A stretch of 64,000 bases of DNA from Eledone cirrhosa. Its lineage: Eukaryota. Below the pieces are notes generated by a model. It was given only the letters and a program-made list of their open reading frames with translations. It searched no databases and had not been told where the DNA came from. Positions 40,793 to 55,639 of the stretch are shown here, piece by piece (the stretch's first letter is position 1; every line of letters starts with the position of its first letter). The DNA is taken from the NCBI GenBank assembly GCA_964016885.1, contig OZ024740.1:246140001-246204000 (forward strand), written 5' to 3'. The position numbers and the translations under genes are program-made.

Positions 40793-41923
40793 GATCGAGT
40801 ATCGAAAAATCGGCGCACGAGTTCACGATAAACAATATTCGAAATGAGCGGCAGAGGGCTCAATAATTCAGATGAATCAGAGCTATAACTATCGTTAAAA
40901 TACCGTCACACATAGAACAAGTCTAAAATCAACCATACGATAAAAAATCGATAATAGAAGATTCGGGACAAACAGATAAAAAATATCAATAAAACAATAC
41001 ATCAATAATTTAAATATATATATAAAGTTGTATTTATACTGTATACTATAGTGATTTTTTTTGTCTTTGATGTTCAATAAAAAACTCTGTTTTTACAACT
41101 GTTAGACCTAACTACAATGAAAGGAAGATGCTAATTTGATTAACAAATATTGTTCCTGCAATATGGCATAATTAAATCAAAATATTCAGCCTTCAGCAAT
41201 ACATCACTAAAAAGGATAGCAGTTACACTGTCTAACACTGTTGCTAAATACTGCTAGATACATTACCTGGTATTCTACCAATTATGCAATCCATCTATCA
41301 ACTATCACTTTCCATTTGTCTGTCTATGTGTAGACACACAGTTTTGGGTGTACAAACAGGAGGATTTACTCAATACATGTAGTTTATTCTGTCAAAGCTG
41401 ATCATTCACTCAGGGTTTCTTTTCATTGCCATATTTTTAATAATGAAATACACCACCTATGTTTTTCAATTAGTTTTATAAATAATCAACAATTTGAAGG
41501 AGTTTAGTAAAATAACTAACCATTAATTACAATGATGTTTAATACATATCTTAACAAAAATATTCACCCATTAATTATTTTTTATTTAAATATGAATAGT
41601 TCGAAAGAAGAAATCTATCATAGAATTGGGGAAGTTTTGGGGTGGGTTTGTATCAAAAGGGTTATCAAGTCTTTTGTCTGATTTATTATTTGTAAATTCT
41701 CTTTACATGACAGCTGTTTCCATTTGTGACTGCTTTTTCATTGATCTATGGAAACTGACCTGTGTCTTATGAAAATCTGTTAACATCTTTAGTGGAACCC
41801 GTTCTGTTGCAATTGTTTGGGGGCAGGATTCCAGTTTGAAGATAACTTCTTCCGTTCCTTCTTGATTAGACAGTAAAATAAAAAATTCAATTCCATATAG
41901 TATTTATTCATGTATAATGTATA

Positions 41924-42106
41924 CAGATAAAATTCCGTTATAACGAATACCATTATAACAATTTTTCAGTTTAACAAAATGTTTTTCAATTGCTGAGGTA
42001 ATAACAAACGCTTGATTTGTTTCAGTTAATCTCGTTATAAAGAATTCTTCATTACAACAAATTTCTTTTTATACCCTGTGAATTTCGTTATAACTGAATT
42101 TCACTG
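41924..42106. mobile_element. Tc1/mariner-pogo (Tigger-like) MITE, 183 bp
   Basis: TA|CAGATAAAATTCCGTTATAACGAA...TTCGTTATAACTGAATTTCACTG|TA. Confidence 0.8.
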
Positions 42107-43399
42107 TACTTTTATTTTCATGAACAACAACAAACAAAAAACAAACATGATTATATGATTTCCACAATGTTGACCTTACAATGTGGACTTTAATTGCCTA
42201 ACATGGGCAAAGTTTAGAAGCTGCTTTCAAAGTTGGTTTTTGGGTTGTTTATGATATGTGAACCTTTTCAGTGCATTTTATACAGCAATTACAATAAGAT
42301 TAAACACTTTTTTATCCATATATTGTAACACTAATGAAAAGCCATTATGTGAAATTTTTTCTGGGTGCTCATTGCTCATAATTAGGGGTGTATATTATAA
42401 ATAAGTGCCTATTATACACAAATATGGTAGGTTATGTTATTAGATATCTAAATATCTTAGATGAGTTGTTAATGTTTTGTATTGTTAACTTCATCATTTG
42501 AGATACATTTTTCTAAATGTTTCATCTCTGTTGTTTCAATGGGTTTTACCCCCAACTGTCATTATGTATTTTATTCCTGGATAAGTCCATAGTATCAGGC
42601 TGGATTCAAACTGAAAACATTTATTTCTAAATTAAATCTAATATTCTTTTTTCCACTAAGCTGTTGTGTATATACATCAGTCAGGGTCTATGTACATATC
42701 CAGGAAAAAGATACCTGATGATAAGAAATTAAACCAATTGAAAGATTGGAACCAGTGTTCAACTATAAGTGTGTGGAGCCAGCTGTAGTCAGTGAATCCA
42801 CAGCATCCCAGACAGAAGCTGACCTAACTCGATGATCACTGATATCTGATGTGATCATAAACCAGTTGCAATTCCAACCGAAATGTAGTTTAGATAAAAA
42901 TATTAAAAATAATGTTTCATCTCTGAAGATTGTTAAACTAAAGATATCACATGCATTCGTGGATGACTTAGTATCAAGTGCCATACTTTCACTAAGGCTT
43001 TTAGGTGTCCATCATGTCTTGAGCAGACATAGACACATTCTTGAACTAATGTAACATTCAAGATGTGACAGCTGAAGGAAAAGGGGGCTGCACCAACACT
43101 GGACTGCTACTTTCTTTATTGACTCTGAGAGGATAAAAGGCAAAATAAAGCTTATTGGAGTGTGAATGTAAATCACACAGGGATGAAACAAATATTGCAA
43201 TGTATTCTATCTGATGCTCAAATGGTTCTTCTAATCAATCATTTTGAAGAAAATAATGTTAATAGTTTGATAAATAATTGTTTCTACTTTTGGCACAAGG
43301 CCAGCAATTACCCAAATGACCTTTGTTATGTTATAATACTTCCATGCTAATAACACTGTTTTGCTGTCTTCTAAATATTGTTCTATTTTCCATCACCAG

Positions 43400-43517
43400 G
43401 CAATCGAATGTTCTCCTTCCAAGACATCGATGTGGATTTCTACCTGCCTCAGATGTTGAATATGTACATACACATGCATGATGTAGCAGAAGCAATTCAT
43501 CCATATCTTGTGCAACG
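43400..43517 (+). CDS. PI4KB: Phosphatidylinositol 4-kinase beta, internal exon (helical/PIK domain)
   Basis: cag|GC AAT CGA...CAA CG|gtaag, 118 nt, (G)[38 protein letters not shown](R). It matches the PI4KB signature GNRLF...[16 protein letters not shown]. Confidence 0.93.
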
Positions 43518-43564
43518 GTAAGCTTTCTGGATATAGGCTTGGTGATGGTGGTGGTATTGATGGT

Positions 43565-44067
43565 GCATAAAACTGCATTAGTAAAGACGTTTTTGAAAAA
43601 GTATAAAACAGAACTCAACATCACATAAAAAATTGAAGTAGTGTTGGGATGGTGATATGTGGTTGTTGCTCTTGTTTAGCCCTATGTCTGCTTTGATTGA
43701 ATGCATTCCAGTTATGACCATTCTTTGTTATTTCCAGTATGTGTTTTTAGAGCTATGTTATGTGTTCTTCCATTTTTTAAACATAATAAAGTGTGGCTTG
43801 AAGGAGATTTGGCTGCTATTTCTAGAAGATAGCATCCACTTAACTCATGGTGGTAGTGATGGTAGTTACTAGACTGTAGCGGTAGTCTGTGATGGTAGTG
43901 TCAGTTGTTAATGGATTGTAGTGACAGTGCTAGTTGTGACCTAATTTGTTGACAGTACTTTGGTTATATATAAGCTCCACTACAATAAGAATGCATAAAA
44001 CCACATTAGCAAAGGCGTTCTTGAAAAAGTATAAAACAGAACTATACATCACATAAAAAATTGAAGT
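43565..44067. repeat. ~75-bp diverged intronic direct repeat (43565-43639 and 43993-44067)
   Basis: GCATAAAAC...TTGAAAAAGTATAAAACAGAACT...CATCACATAAAAAATTGAAGT occurs twice. Confidence 0.85.
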
Positions 44068-45359
44068 CTATTACCAGTGTTCACAACAATTTTTCTACTA
44101 GTAAAGAAACTACAAATATTTGAATTAACAAACTCATTTTTAGATATTTTCTGCTAAACCATTACGGATGTTAAGATAATACTTTATAATTATTTGTTTT
44201 TTTTTGTTTCATTGTTATTATTACTATTATTGTTATTATTAGTATTTTGCTATTATTATGACACCTATTTTCATTTAAATACCAAGGACTTGGTTGGTTA
44301 TATTATGCTGGTGTGTGTAGACTAGATAAATTTCTTGAATCACAGAATATTGTGTTAAGAAGAAGAGCAAGACATATACAGTTAACAATTGCTCTGTTGT
44401 AGCCTCTGTTGACAAGGTATATTGTATGTCACTCTACCGATTCTTCCAGTCCACAGCCCTAATGACTCTGCCAAATGACCACCTTGGTGGCAGGTCCAAA
44501 CATACTGTAACAAAGACAGCTTAGGACTTTGAGAAAGTTAGCCCATTGACCAGGTAGGATCTATAGTTAGTTTACTTGCTTTTGTTGTAACTCTCACATA
44601 GTGGATTGCTGCATAGCCGAATGGTTAAGAAGTTAGTTTCACAATTACAAAGTTCTGGGTTTATGCCACTGCGTAATATCTTGGGCAAGTGTCATTTACC
44701 ATAGCCTCAGGTCAACCCAAGCCCTATAAGTGAAATTGGGTAAAAAGAAAATGTTTGGAACCTTGTTGAATGAATTGTATCTAATTCAAAACGTCAGCTT
44801 TGACACAAGCTATGTCACACTTGATCTTCCTGGGAATTATATTGAGTACTCATGCCTGTGGAATACTCAGTCACATATACTATAATACAAGATGGACTGT
44901 ACTTGTTATTTAAAGGGCCAGCTGTGTCATACAGTGTTCTGATGAGTCTCCCTGAGAATTACTTTAAAGATACATGTGTCTGTGGAATACTCAGCTACGT
45001 ATACATTAATTTAACAAGTAAGCCGCTCCATTGATTGAATAACTGGAATACCCATCGTCAAAACTGAAGGAAGATCCATTTATTAACCCTTAACACAATG
45101 CCACCAGTAGCTGTCGTCTCCAAATCTTTATTGAACACACAATTGTATTTGTTACTATGGTGGGTATTAAAACATGCATCTCGCAGCTGACAAGATTTGA
45201 AATAGTTAACTGACTGTTAGTTAAATACTTAACCCTTTTGTTACTGTATTTCTAATGAAATATATTGCTTAAGTGTTTCAATTTATTTTGAAAATAATCA
45301 AATATTTGAAGGAATTTAATGAAATAACTAACTTTTTCATTAGTAAGCTTTGGTTTGGA

Positions 45360-46610
45360 GTCTTCTTTTTCGACTTCTTATTTGTGGGAGCAGAGTCCTC
45401 AAACACTCCTCCCAGCAAATCGTGTCAAAAGCTACCATCTCCAATTGATCTGGCTGGATTCCCAAGCAAGACCAACCAAGCTCGTGGATGTTATCCAACC
45501 ATCTTATTTGGGATCTTCTGCCAGTTGATTTTGCCTGTAAAATCTATCCAGCAATTCTTTTGTGAGACAGATTAACCACATGTATCAAAATTGTGATCTC
45601 TCAATTCAGAAAAATAGCGACTTTCTGCTCTCTGAGTTACACACTTTATCAAGTAACATTACTCCAAAGACCCTTTGGAGGAACCCCATTTCAGCCACTT
45701 GTATTCGTGATCAGATTCTTTCGGTCATTTCCCAAGATTCATGACCATAGGTAGGAGTTGGCATGAATACTGGATTGAACATAGCGAGTTTGGCTTTTCC
45801 ACCATCACTCGTGAACACGGCTCCGAGATACTTGAACTTCACCACTTGCTCCATTGGAATTCCATTCACATGTACAGTGCACTGTACAGGCTTCCTTGAG
45901 AGGATGAGTGTCTCAGTCGTTGCAGCACTGGTTTTCATTCCAGCCATGCAACATTTTGCATCAAACCTCTCAAGTGCATGTTGGAAATCCCCTTATGACG
46001 AGTTAAGTAATACCATGTCGCCTGCAAATTGCAGCTGACTGATCCTACACCTGTCAGTTGTGATACCACTTCCAACCCAGCTGTGCATGTCAATCTAGTT
46101 CATGAAGATTATGAACTGGAGTGGTGACAGTACGCAACCTTGGTGGAATTCAACACCCACATTGAATTGTTTCAATTTAGCACCATTTATCTAAACACAA
46201 ATACTAAGGCATTTGTATAGAGACTTCAGAGCAACAAGAAGCTGTCTATTGATCCCATACTCCTGCAGAAACTTCTTCAGCAGGTCCCATGGAATGGAGT
46301 CATATGCCTTTTTGAGGTCTACGAAATAAGTGTAAACCACCTGGCAGTACTCACACGATTTCTCAAAGATCTGCCGCAGTGTGAATATTTGGTCAGCTGT
46401 ACTGTGTCCAGGACAAAAACCACACTGTTCATCAGCTAACTTTAACTCTACAATAACCCGACATCTCTTAGCCAGACACTGAGCATAGACTTTACCTTAA
46501 TAAGGAAATCCCTCTATAATTGGAGCAATATCTCTTGTCTTCTTTTTTGAAAATTGGGATTATCACCCCTGATTGCCATTGCTTAGGTACCTTTCCAGAG
46601 ATCCACCAAC
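45360..46610 (-). mobile_element. Rex3/Expander-like RTE, decayed RT and 3' region, nested in a piggyBac-like MITE
   Basis: FVDLKKAYD, GCVLSPL, LQFAGD, QVVKFKYLG and TYGHESW remnants. Confidence 0.8.
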
Positions 46611-48488
46611 TACTAGGGAAGATGTAGCAATGGGTGAGGTCTGGAGTATTACTTAAAAGTTTCTTAAGTAAAATTATGACGGAAAGTTTTAATATTAAGT
46701 ACAGGCACTGTAAAGTGGGCAGTTTTATATCATAAAACTAGGTTGATTTATGTGGGTTAAAATGAAACCATCCTTATAGGTTTCATGCGAAACATATAAA
46801 ACATTTTTTTAACTCTTTTTTTTTTTATCATAGTTCTAATAGGAATTCTTTGAAATATGAGGTTTTATAGAACTTGAAGTGGTTTTGGCTGGATTGGTAT
46901 TAAATAGGTTAAATACTTTAAAAATGAAATCATGTTTCATATGAAACCCACTTTCAATGACGTGCTATCTGCACTACTACTAATAATAACATTGGAAGTG
47001 TGGGCGGACAGCTGGACTACACAGCTAAAGTGTTTTGAAATAGAACCTCAGCAGAGGTTAAAAAATGTAACCAATGTTGAACTTTCTTCCCAAAAGATGG
47101 TGTGACAACATTGTGATACTTAACTTCATTTTATCAAATAATAGGGACTAAAGGTCACTTTGGTTAATGATATTCATTTAGTGATGGTGACAGTGGTGGT
47201 GGTGGAAATAATAATAATTGACCTAGACTAAAAGATGCCAATCAGTAACCCACTGGTCTAGATAACTTATTTTACTGCTTGGTATGTGCTGAACTCTGAC
47301 TATCTGTTACGGAAACGATTTACACTCCTACAATTCCTTTGGAATTTGAGGGCTCTAAGTAGGAAAAGAAGATAGAATTAAGAGTTAATTTGCCCAGAAT
47401 GTGGCACCAACAAATCCAATTCCAAGGACCCAGTATTTTGTGATGTGACCTCGTCTACTTTGTTCTGTGTTAATTCCTTTGTCTCTGTTTTATCATTATT
47501 ATCATGATCACCATTGTTTTTATGTCGACTTTTCCATAGTGGCATGGGTTATATAAGACTTTTTCAGGTAATGTTTTACAGCCAGCTGCCTTTCTTGACA
47601 CCAATCCTTTTAGTCTCTTTTTACGACATACAGGGATATGGTGTTCATCATCGTTTAATGTCCACTTTCCATGCTAGCATAGGTTAGATTGGTTGTCTCA
47701 TTTGAAGCAAGTTGGGTAGGGTGACCGTGTCTTGCTCATATAGAACTATTTCAGGCTAAATTTCTACAGCTAGATGCCTTTCCTAACACCAGCCACATTT
47801 ACAGTATGTGCTGGGTGCTTTTTGTCAGGACTCCTACATGGTCACTTTACAGTGTGGGCTGGGTGCTTTTTGTCGTGACTCCTACGCAACCACTTTACAG
47901 TGTGGTGTATAATCTAATGCTTTATTCATTTACTAGTTTGTCATTTGATTGAGGGCATGCTGGAGCACAGACTTGAAGAAATTTAGTCAATCATATTGGC
48001 CAAAGTATTTATTTTATCAATCTTTTTTTTGTCAAATAGCCAAGTAAATGAAAAGTCATGTATAGACATGCACACACACACACAAACATATATCAGCATG
48101 GAAAAATGGCTGTTAAACAATGATGACAAGGGTGTCTGTGTACACACATATATATATGCTGGGGTTCTGCTGAGTTTCCTTCAAACAAATTTCACTCTCA
48201 AGGCATTGGTCAACCCAAAGCTATTGTAGAAGTCACTTGCCATGCAGTAGAAGTAAACACCTTAAACACACAGTCATCCGTGAGCCTATACATAAATTTT
48301 CAATAGAAATCATCTAGTCAATCAACTTTATAGAAGTAACAGCCAAATATCTCTCAAACTACATCCTGTCATTTTACAAAGATAGTTGGTCATGTTTGGC
48401 ATGCTTTTAATCTTATACAACCAGGGCTGACTAACTTTGGTCTAAACAAAAACCCCTTTCATTACCATATTTTTAATGTAATATACTC

Positions 48489-49710
48489 ATCATCATCGTT
48501 TCTGCATCCATTTTCCCATGCTTGCATGGGTTGGACAGGACCTTCTTAGCATGGCATCTTTCCACTCGTCACATTTCTTTGTCACCTCCACTGTGAGTTT
48601 GTGATTTGAGGTTACCTCTCACAACTGCTGCCCACATCTTCGTCTATCTCTACTGCGGCTTCCTTCCACTGGCATTTCCTGGCACTTCCTCATCCAACAA
48701 TCATTGTCTATGTGTATCACATGTCCATACCAACGCTGTTTTCTCTTCTGCACACCATTTTGGATTTCCCTTAAACCCAGCTTCTCCCTCAGCTCTTCCA
48801 AGTTCTGCCTTCCCCTCACACTTACGTTACACATCCAACGGAGCATGGTTGCTTCATTTTTTTCCAGTCTACTCATGTCCTCTACAGTCACAACCCATGT
48901 TTCACTACCATGCCACATCACACTTCGCACAAAGGTGTCATACAGTTGTCCTTTTGTATGTAAGGAGAGACCTTTTGTGGTCAACAGTGGGAATAGCTCT
49001 CTAAACTTTTTCCATCCTATTCTTATTCTAGCTATTATGCTCTCAGAGCACCCTCCTCTGCTGCTAATTACATCACCTGGATAGCAGAAGCTATCAACCA
49101 CTTCTATGAGTCTTTCTTATGTTTGGAATAGGTTTACATCACTGGCTCTCTTCCTTGATTTACCCCTGTGCATATTCTACAAACAGTCTACCTGTTATCC
49201 TACTACATCTCTTGTGTACCCAAGTACTTTAGTTTTGGCAACGTTTACTCTCAGACGTTTTGATTCTAAATTCTGTTTCCTTAGTTGGCACCTATTTTCT
49301 AGTTCTTTAATGGATTTTGCTATAAGGACCAGATCATTTGCATAGAGAAGTTCCCATGGCCAGCCGATCTTATATGTTATAGCCTGGAGAACTATAATGA
49401 ATAGTAGTGGGCTAAAAACCGAACTCTGATGAACTCCTACTTGTACCTTGAATTCCTCACTAAACTCATTACCTACTCTCATTTTGCCTACAGCTCCTCT
49501 GTACATGGCTTGCACTACTTTCACCAACCATTCTTCTACACCTAATTTCTTTAAGATAATTGATCGGGATAACACTTTTTCTAGATCAGTATAGTGGCTT
49601 ATTTTTGGCTAAAAACTTTTCTTGTAGTTGCCTCACTAAAAAGAGGGCATCTGTAGTACTTTTCCCAGGCATTAAACCAAACTGCATCTCATCTAATTTG
49701 ACTCTTTGTA
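48489..49710 (-). mobile_element. Decayed RTE (second subfamily) 3' half
   Basis: QFGL, GVHQSSVFSPLLF, WELLYAND, HGSETW, RWYGHV and a CAT tail. Confidence 0.85.
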
Positions 49711-52651
49711 TTAATGAAGAATATGGAGGGATTTACGAGAATTGTTACTTTCATTTTGAGGTATTTGTAACATAACAAAATGTTCTCATATAAAATTATG
49801 TTGGATGATTTTAATTCAAATAAGACTTTTAAAAATAGATTTTGTTGCATACAATGAGAAGCGGCTTTGGGCCGGTTGGTATCAAAAGGCTTAAGTGATT
49901 TAAATAATAATTGTTTCTACTTTGGGCACAAGGCCAGCAATTACCCAGTACATTACTGGTACTTTATTTTATCGACCCCGTAAGGATGAAAGGCAAAGTT
50001 AACCTCGGCGGGATTTGAACTCAGACTGTAAAGGGACGTAACTATGCTAGAAAGCATGGCATCCAACCCTCTACCGATACTGCCAATGATCTCAAAGATA
50101 GGAGCAAGGCCAGTAATTTAAACTGGCTTCGGGCATGACTGAAGGAGGAAAAGCTATAGGATAAAATGGGTGAGAGATAGATAGATGATTTAGTAAAACA
50201 GTTGATGTAAGCATTTACTACTATTACAACTGCTACTAAATTTCTTAAATAAGCACAAAGAAATTTTTGTGGCGCGATTAGGTGATTAAATTGATTCCAG
50301 TACTTGACCAGTACTTTTTTTTTAATTGTCCCTGGAAAGATGAAAGGCAAAGTTGACCATAGCAGAATTGGAACTCAAAACATCAACTTATTTTTAAGTT
50401 TGGTATATACTGATGGTCATATCAACTTTATTTTTAAGTATGCTATATACGGCTGATTTCCATTAAATCTGTAAGATACATTGTAACAGTGTCAATAGAA
50501 AGTATTGGTCAGCTGAGGCTATAGTAGGCCATTACCAATGGCACCTGATGGTGGGATTGAACCCTAGACCATATAGTTGTGAAATGAAGTACTTCACCAA
50601 GAAGCCATGCCTGCACCTATTCTGAATGCTATAAATACTCAATTCTGTCATAAGTTAATATTCTTTTATTGATTTTGTATACTATATAATGTTGTTCAAA
50701 TGTTTATATGTAAACCTCTGGGTGTAACAGTTTAGCAATATTTGTGTTATTGAGTTGTTGGTAATAGTCTGCCTGGTAAGAAGGTTATTAATCCTGGTAC
50801 AATACATGTGCCTGACTGAAGCTATGTGGTCACTGGACCTGCTAGTAATAGCAGCCAAATCTCCCTTAAATCATAACCTAATGTCTTAAAGAGGTGGTGA
50901 GTAGGCAGATCATTAAGGTGTTGGATAAAATACCTAGTATTTATTCTGGCCCTTTGAGTCCAAATTCTGTACTGTTTTACTGGGTCCAGATACCTAAATA
51001 CTCACATGTCAGTCTATGTAGCAAGGAATTGGTCAATCTTTTGGCAGTGCAGGTAGAACAAATTAATGATTGATGTAGACAGGATTTTCACAAAACCTAG
51101 ATTTACAGCTTTCCAATGATCTTGTAAAAGTCAAAAAGTAATATTACTGTTATTTAGGTGATGGATGGGTAGAATTGGTAAAGTGTCTGACAGAATGTTT
51201 TGTAGTATTTAGTTACGTTTTACGTTCTGACTTCAAATCTTGCCGAGGTCAACTTTGCCTAGCATCCTTTTGGAGGTCAATAAATAAAACACCTGTCTAA
51301 GGTGTAATTTTTATAGTGCTGGATGGGTGCTTTTGTTTTCTCTCTTTTTATTTCAAATTCAAATATGGCTTACCAGCCACTATGGAAAGGGTTGGGTCCC
51401 ACCATGAATACAGGTAGTTAACTCTTCTTAACATTAGAGTGATCTATGGTATTCAACCAGCTGAGTGATAAATATCTGCTGACAGTGTATATTTTTAAAA
51501 ATGGAAAGGCAGATGTATAGATTTAAGATAGGATGTCCATTGGTGAAATGTTTTTGATCATAGATCTGCTTGAATTGGGCTAGCCTGGAGCTAAACAACA
51601 ACTACATGTGTATGTCTAACTGGATTAATGCTAGTGTCGTGATAAAACACCCCCACTACATTTTGTAAAAAGGTTAGTGTTAGGAGGAGTATCTAGCCAT
51701 AGAAACCATGCAAAAAAATGGGGTCAGTTTAAAAAAAAATTTTTTTACTGTTTAGTTAGGGAGGGAAGGAGAAGTGCACATGACCATTTTCAGGGCCTTT
51801 GAGACTAATGGAAAGTAAGAATCTTCACACCAGACACTTGATCTGAATGCTTGAAACAAAGGGGGTTCCGCTAATGGCACTTAAGAGTCAGATGGTGGTG
51901 TTAAATTGGGTGACAGATTAAGTCTACCATCTAAATAGGTAGGCCACAGCAGGATTTGAACCTGTACTAGTATTGTACTTTATTGACCTTGTAAGGATGA
52001 AAGGCAAAGTTGAGGTAAGAGGGATTTGAAGTCAGAGAGTTGATAGTGGGAATAAATTCTGCAAGGACTATTTGCCCTATGCTTTACCAGCTGATCAGTT
52101 AGTGTACAACTTGTTGGACTGCACCATGTTTATCAGTTTGTATACCAAGCATGACTAAGCCACTTAGTGTAACACTCAATGTCTTAACATACGGCACTAA
52201 GCCATTTAGTGTACTACACATAGATGCATTTTCTTACATACACTCAGATGGCAAATTTTCAAAAGTGTTAGTGTCAGATTTGTGCTATTTATTTGGGCTG
52301 CTTGAATTCTAAATTCAAAAATCCCATTGAAGTCAGCTTGGTATTTCATGCTTGTGCAGTCAATGCAGTCTAGGGTTGTGGATTGGTGATATTCATTCTT
52401 ACATTTTGTGTTCTGTGTTCAAATCCCGATGTGGCCTATTAGGGTAGTAAACTTAATCCAATACCCAATTTAACACCACTATGTAGCTTTTGAATGTCTT
52501 TAGTGGAGTCTAATTTGTTGCAAGCATTTGGGCCAGGTTTCTGGATTGAGAATGCCTTTCTCTTGGTCATATAATAAAGCAATACATGCACACACATATC
52601 TGTTTATACTCTAGTTAACCACTCATCATATTTCTCCTTGTTCTTTTGTAG

Positions 52652-52786
52652 ATGTCGATCCAGCGTGGAATTTTCCATTCGGGCTGCCTGGTTGTTAGGG
52701 GCCTATTCTGCTGATGTCCTCAAACCTACGTGGAAAAATTCCCAAGGAGTCAAATTAAAGAACATGATACTTAATGAAGAATTACG
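52652..52786 (+). CDS. PI4KB: Phosphatidylinositol 4-kinase beta, internal exon
   Basis: Pyrimidine tract then tag|A TGT CGA...TTA CG|gtaagt, 135 nt. The phase continues the previous exon: (R)CRSSVEFSIRAAWLLGAYSADVLKPTWKNSQGVKLKNMILNEEL(R). Confidence 0.92.
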
Positions 52787-53257
52787 GTAAGTATTTCTTT
52801 CTCACTGTTACTCCCAAATCTACCAGCATATATGAGGTTTCTCCCAAAAGTAAGTGTACTGATGTTTCATTTAACTCTTTAGTATTTACATTACTCTGTC
52901 AAATCTCATGATTATTCAACATTAGCACTCACAAGTGTTATCAATTATATTTGTTTGCAACTTGGTAATTTTCTAAGCGCAGATGTGAAATTTTGTCAGT
53001 AGGTGTTTTAAATCAATGATTTACAGTTATGTATTTTTACCTGATTTTTTTTGTTGCTGTTAATTTTGACTTTATGGGCAGGTGAAATTAATTAGCAAGT
53101 GTAAAAGTAATGACTTTTTGGATAAACATAAAAATTTATGTGTTTTACCTGTTAGGTTTGTTACAAAAACTATCCAACAATGACCCAGATGTTGACTTCC
53201 AACAATTTTACCACTTTTCACGAGCATGTGAATTAATTAAAATGCAGGTATAATCAG

Positions 53258-53462
53258 TCTTCTTCTTGCTCTTGCTCGACGAGGCCAGGGTCATCCTAAG
53301 CCAGCGATCCCAAAGCATCGTCATGCGTAGAGCCGGCGAGGTTCACCAGCGACTGCCATTGCTGGTGGTCCCATGCCAACTCCTCTGCATCTTGCAAGTT
53401 GATATTGATCTTTCCTGATGATACCCTGTCATTTGGAGCGAGGGCTTCTCGTGGGGCCTCTC
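53258..53462 (-). mobile_element. LINE (RTE-like) 3' fragment with an (AAG)n tail
   Basis: Minus strand encodes ...INLQDAEELAWDHQQWQSLV. GC-rich island ending in AAGAAGAAGA. Confidence 0.5.
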
Positions 53463-53845
53463 CAGTCTGCAGTTAGTGTTACAAGGTTTTATTCTTTCTC
53501 TACATTTCATGTAAATATTTTCATCGAAAAGAAAGTATAAAACCCCTTTACACATCAATACACTATTGGCAATGTATTCTTACACTATGTACTGAGTGAA
53601 TTTGTGTAAGAGAATGTGCCCAATAAAAATGCTCATTAACGGATGAGACACAGGTATGTACATACAAAAATCAATACACATTTCTGGCTTTTGCATATAT
53701 CTGGTTTCAGGCATAATGCTTGATATATAAGAGCCACCATACTTTATATTTGGGCTCCAGTAATTTCACAGTCTTGGAAATTGTTAAAAAAATTGTTCAA
53801 GCCAGATTGATTTCTTACTTGTAAGACAAGATAAACATACTGTAA

Positions 53846-54151
53846 TCTATATATCTAAAACAGAGAATGTCTGTCTGTCTGTCTGACTCCCTAAAACTCG
53901 AGAACCACCCAACTGATTGTTTTCAAACTTTACACATGTAATACTTATGGTCCTGTGAGTGTTTTGAGCAAAATATATTTCAAATTTTCAATGCCCTAGG
54001 GACATAGGCAATTTAGTGATCTCTCTCTATAATTCTTAGTCTTTCTTTTTAGATAGATACATAGATATAACGTTGCGCCCTTATAATATCTGTCTGCATT
54101 ACAACATTATGACGCTATATGTGTGTGTGTGTGAGTATATATGTATATATA

Positions 54152-54193
<42 letters not shown>

Positions 54194-55017
54194 TGTAACG
54201 TTTTTCGAAATATTTACTTCTGCATTCACAGATTGATTTTTTTAGTTTCAGAAGATCCCGTTAAGGGTGAAAGTAGCGATTCTTTGCTTAAACTTTAATC
54301 TGTTATTTTAATATATATATATATATATATATTTGTTTTGCGACGTTTTTGATATGAAATCGTGTGTCGAAACAAATATTGTTATACTTGGGGAGGATCA
54401 TATTGTTGTAATAATATTGCCAGAATTAATAACAGAACACACTCACTGTTTGGTTGGTTTTTGCTTCTGTATCTTTTATATCAGTTAATTCATTCGGTCC
54501 TCAATGTTTACCATTGACTGACCACCGGTCAAAAATACAGATATAATATAGATATAAACACATATATATATAGTCTAACAAAGTTTTCGTTGCACATCTG
54601 CAACATCGTCAGTGGTGCTATTATATTCCTCCTGTTGTATTGTATATCTACGCCATCTTTATTTAATCTCTTTATTTATTTATTTATTTTTTGTCTTCTT
54701 CTCTGCGCATGCGTTTGCGTGTGTGTATAGTGTTTGGTGTGTGTTTGCGTTTGGGTGACTGTTTTGGTTATTGTATTCTATCTTAGTTTACTAGTGTGTG
54801 CTTATATGTGTTTGTTGTTATTGTGCTTGTGTATATATTTATTTATTTATTTATATTTCTCTTAGGTCAGTATTGTTTGGGTGTTGTTATTCTATTCATT
54901 TTTTTCTGTTTAGCTTTGGCCTTCTAAGTTCTATTTCACTTGCCTCTCTGCTGGGTCATTTCTATGTTTAGATATTAATGTAAGTTCTATGTCTTGCGTG
55001 TTCGTATAGTACTGAAC

Positions 55018-55068
<51 letters not shown>

Positions 55069-55324
55069 TATATTCGTGTACAGATATTTTTGCATATACA
55101 ATAACAAAATATAAACAAAAGTATTTATTTCACGATAAAGTATTGATTTTCTTCGCACGGAAAAAACCCTGGTAATCTACAACAAATTTTTTTTTATATG
55201 CACAAAATGTAGACACCATCCCGAGGCCAAGGTATTCCGTACTTCTCTGTACTGTTTCAGAAAGGAGGGGTAAACAGGCCAATCTATGTTTAGAATCCCA
55301 AGCAACGCCGGGTAATTCTGCTTG
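53846..55324 (+). mobile_element. Putative non-autonomous Helitron
   Basis: 5' end A|TCTATATATCTAAAA...(TGTC)n. 3' end CCCAAGCAACGCCGGG hairpin followed by TTCTGCTTG|T (degenerate CTAG). A related 3' end GCGGGTAACGTTGGGTACTTCTGCTAG|T ends at 57669. Confidence 0.55.
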
Positions 55325-55639
55325 TAAGTTCTAAGGCCTTTTTTGGGGAAAACTGTGCCAGCCAACAGAAGTAGGTTGTAAGTGACATCAGAATGGACAC
55401 AAGACGGAACAAGATCATCATCGTTTAACGTCCATCTTCCATGCTAGCATGGGTAGGACGGGCTGTCCCTTTGTGAGGGATCAGGTCGGGGGACCATGAT
55501 TTGCTCGCTTAGAACTGATTTTGGTTTGGTTTCTATGGCTGGATGCCCTTACTAACGCCAACCGTATTTACAATGTGTGCTGAGTGCTTTTTGTTGTGAA
55601 ACCTACACAACTACTTTACAGTGTGGACTGGGCACTCAC

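Noticed and set aside
42715-42750. CTGATGA...GAAA spacing resembling a hammerhead
   Set aside because: No proper stem II closure or stem I, so likely chance. The same applies to CTGATGAG at ~44939, which lacks GAAA.
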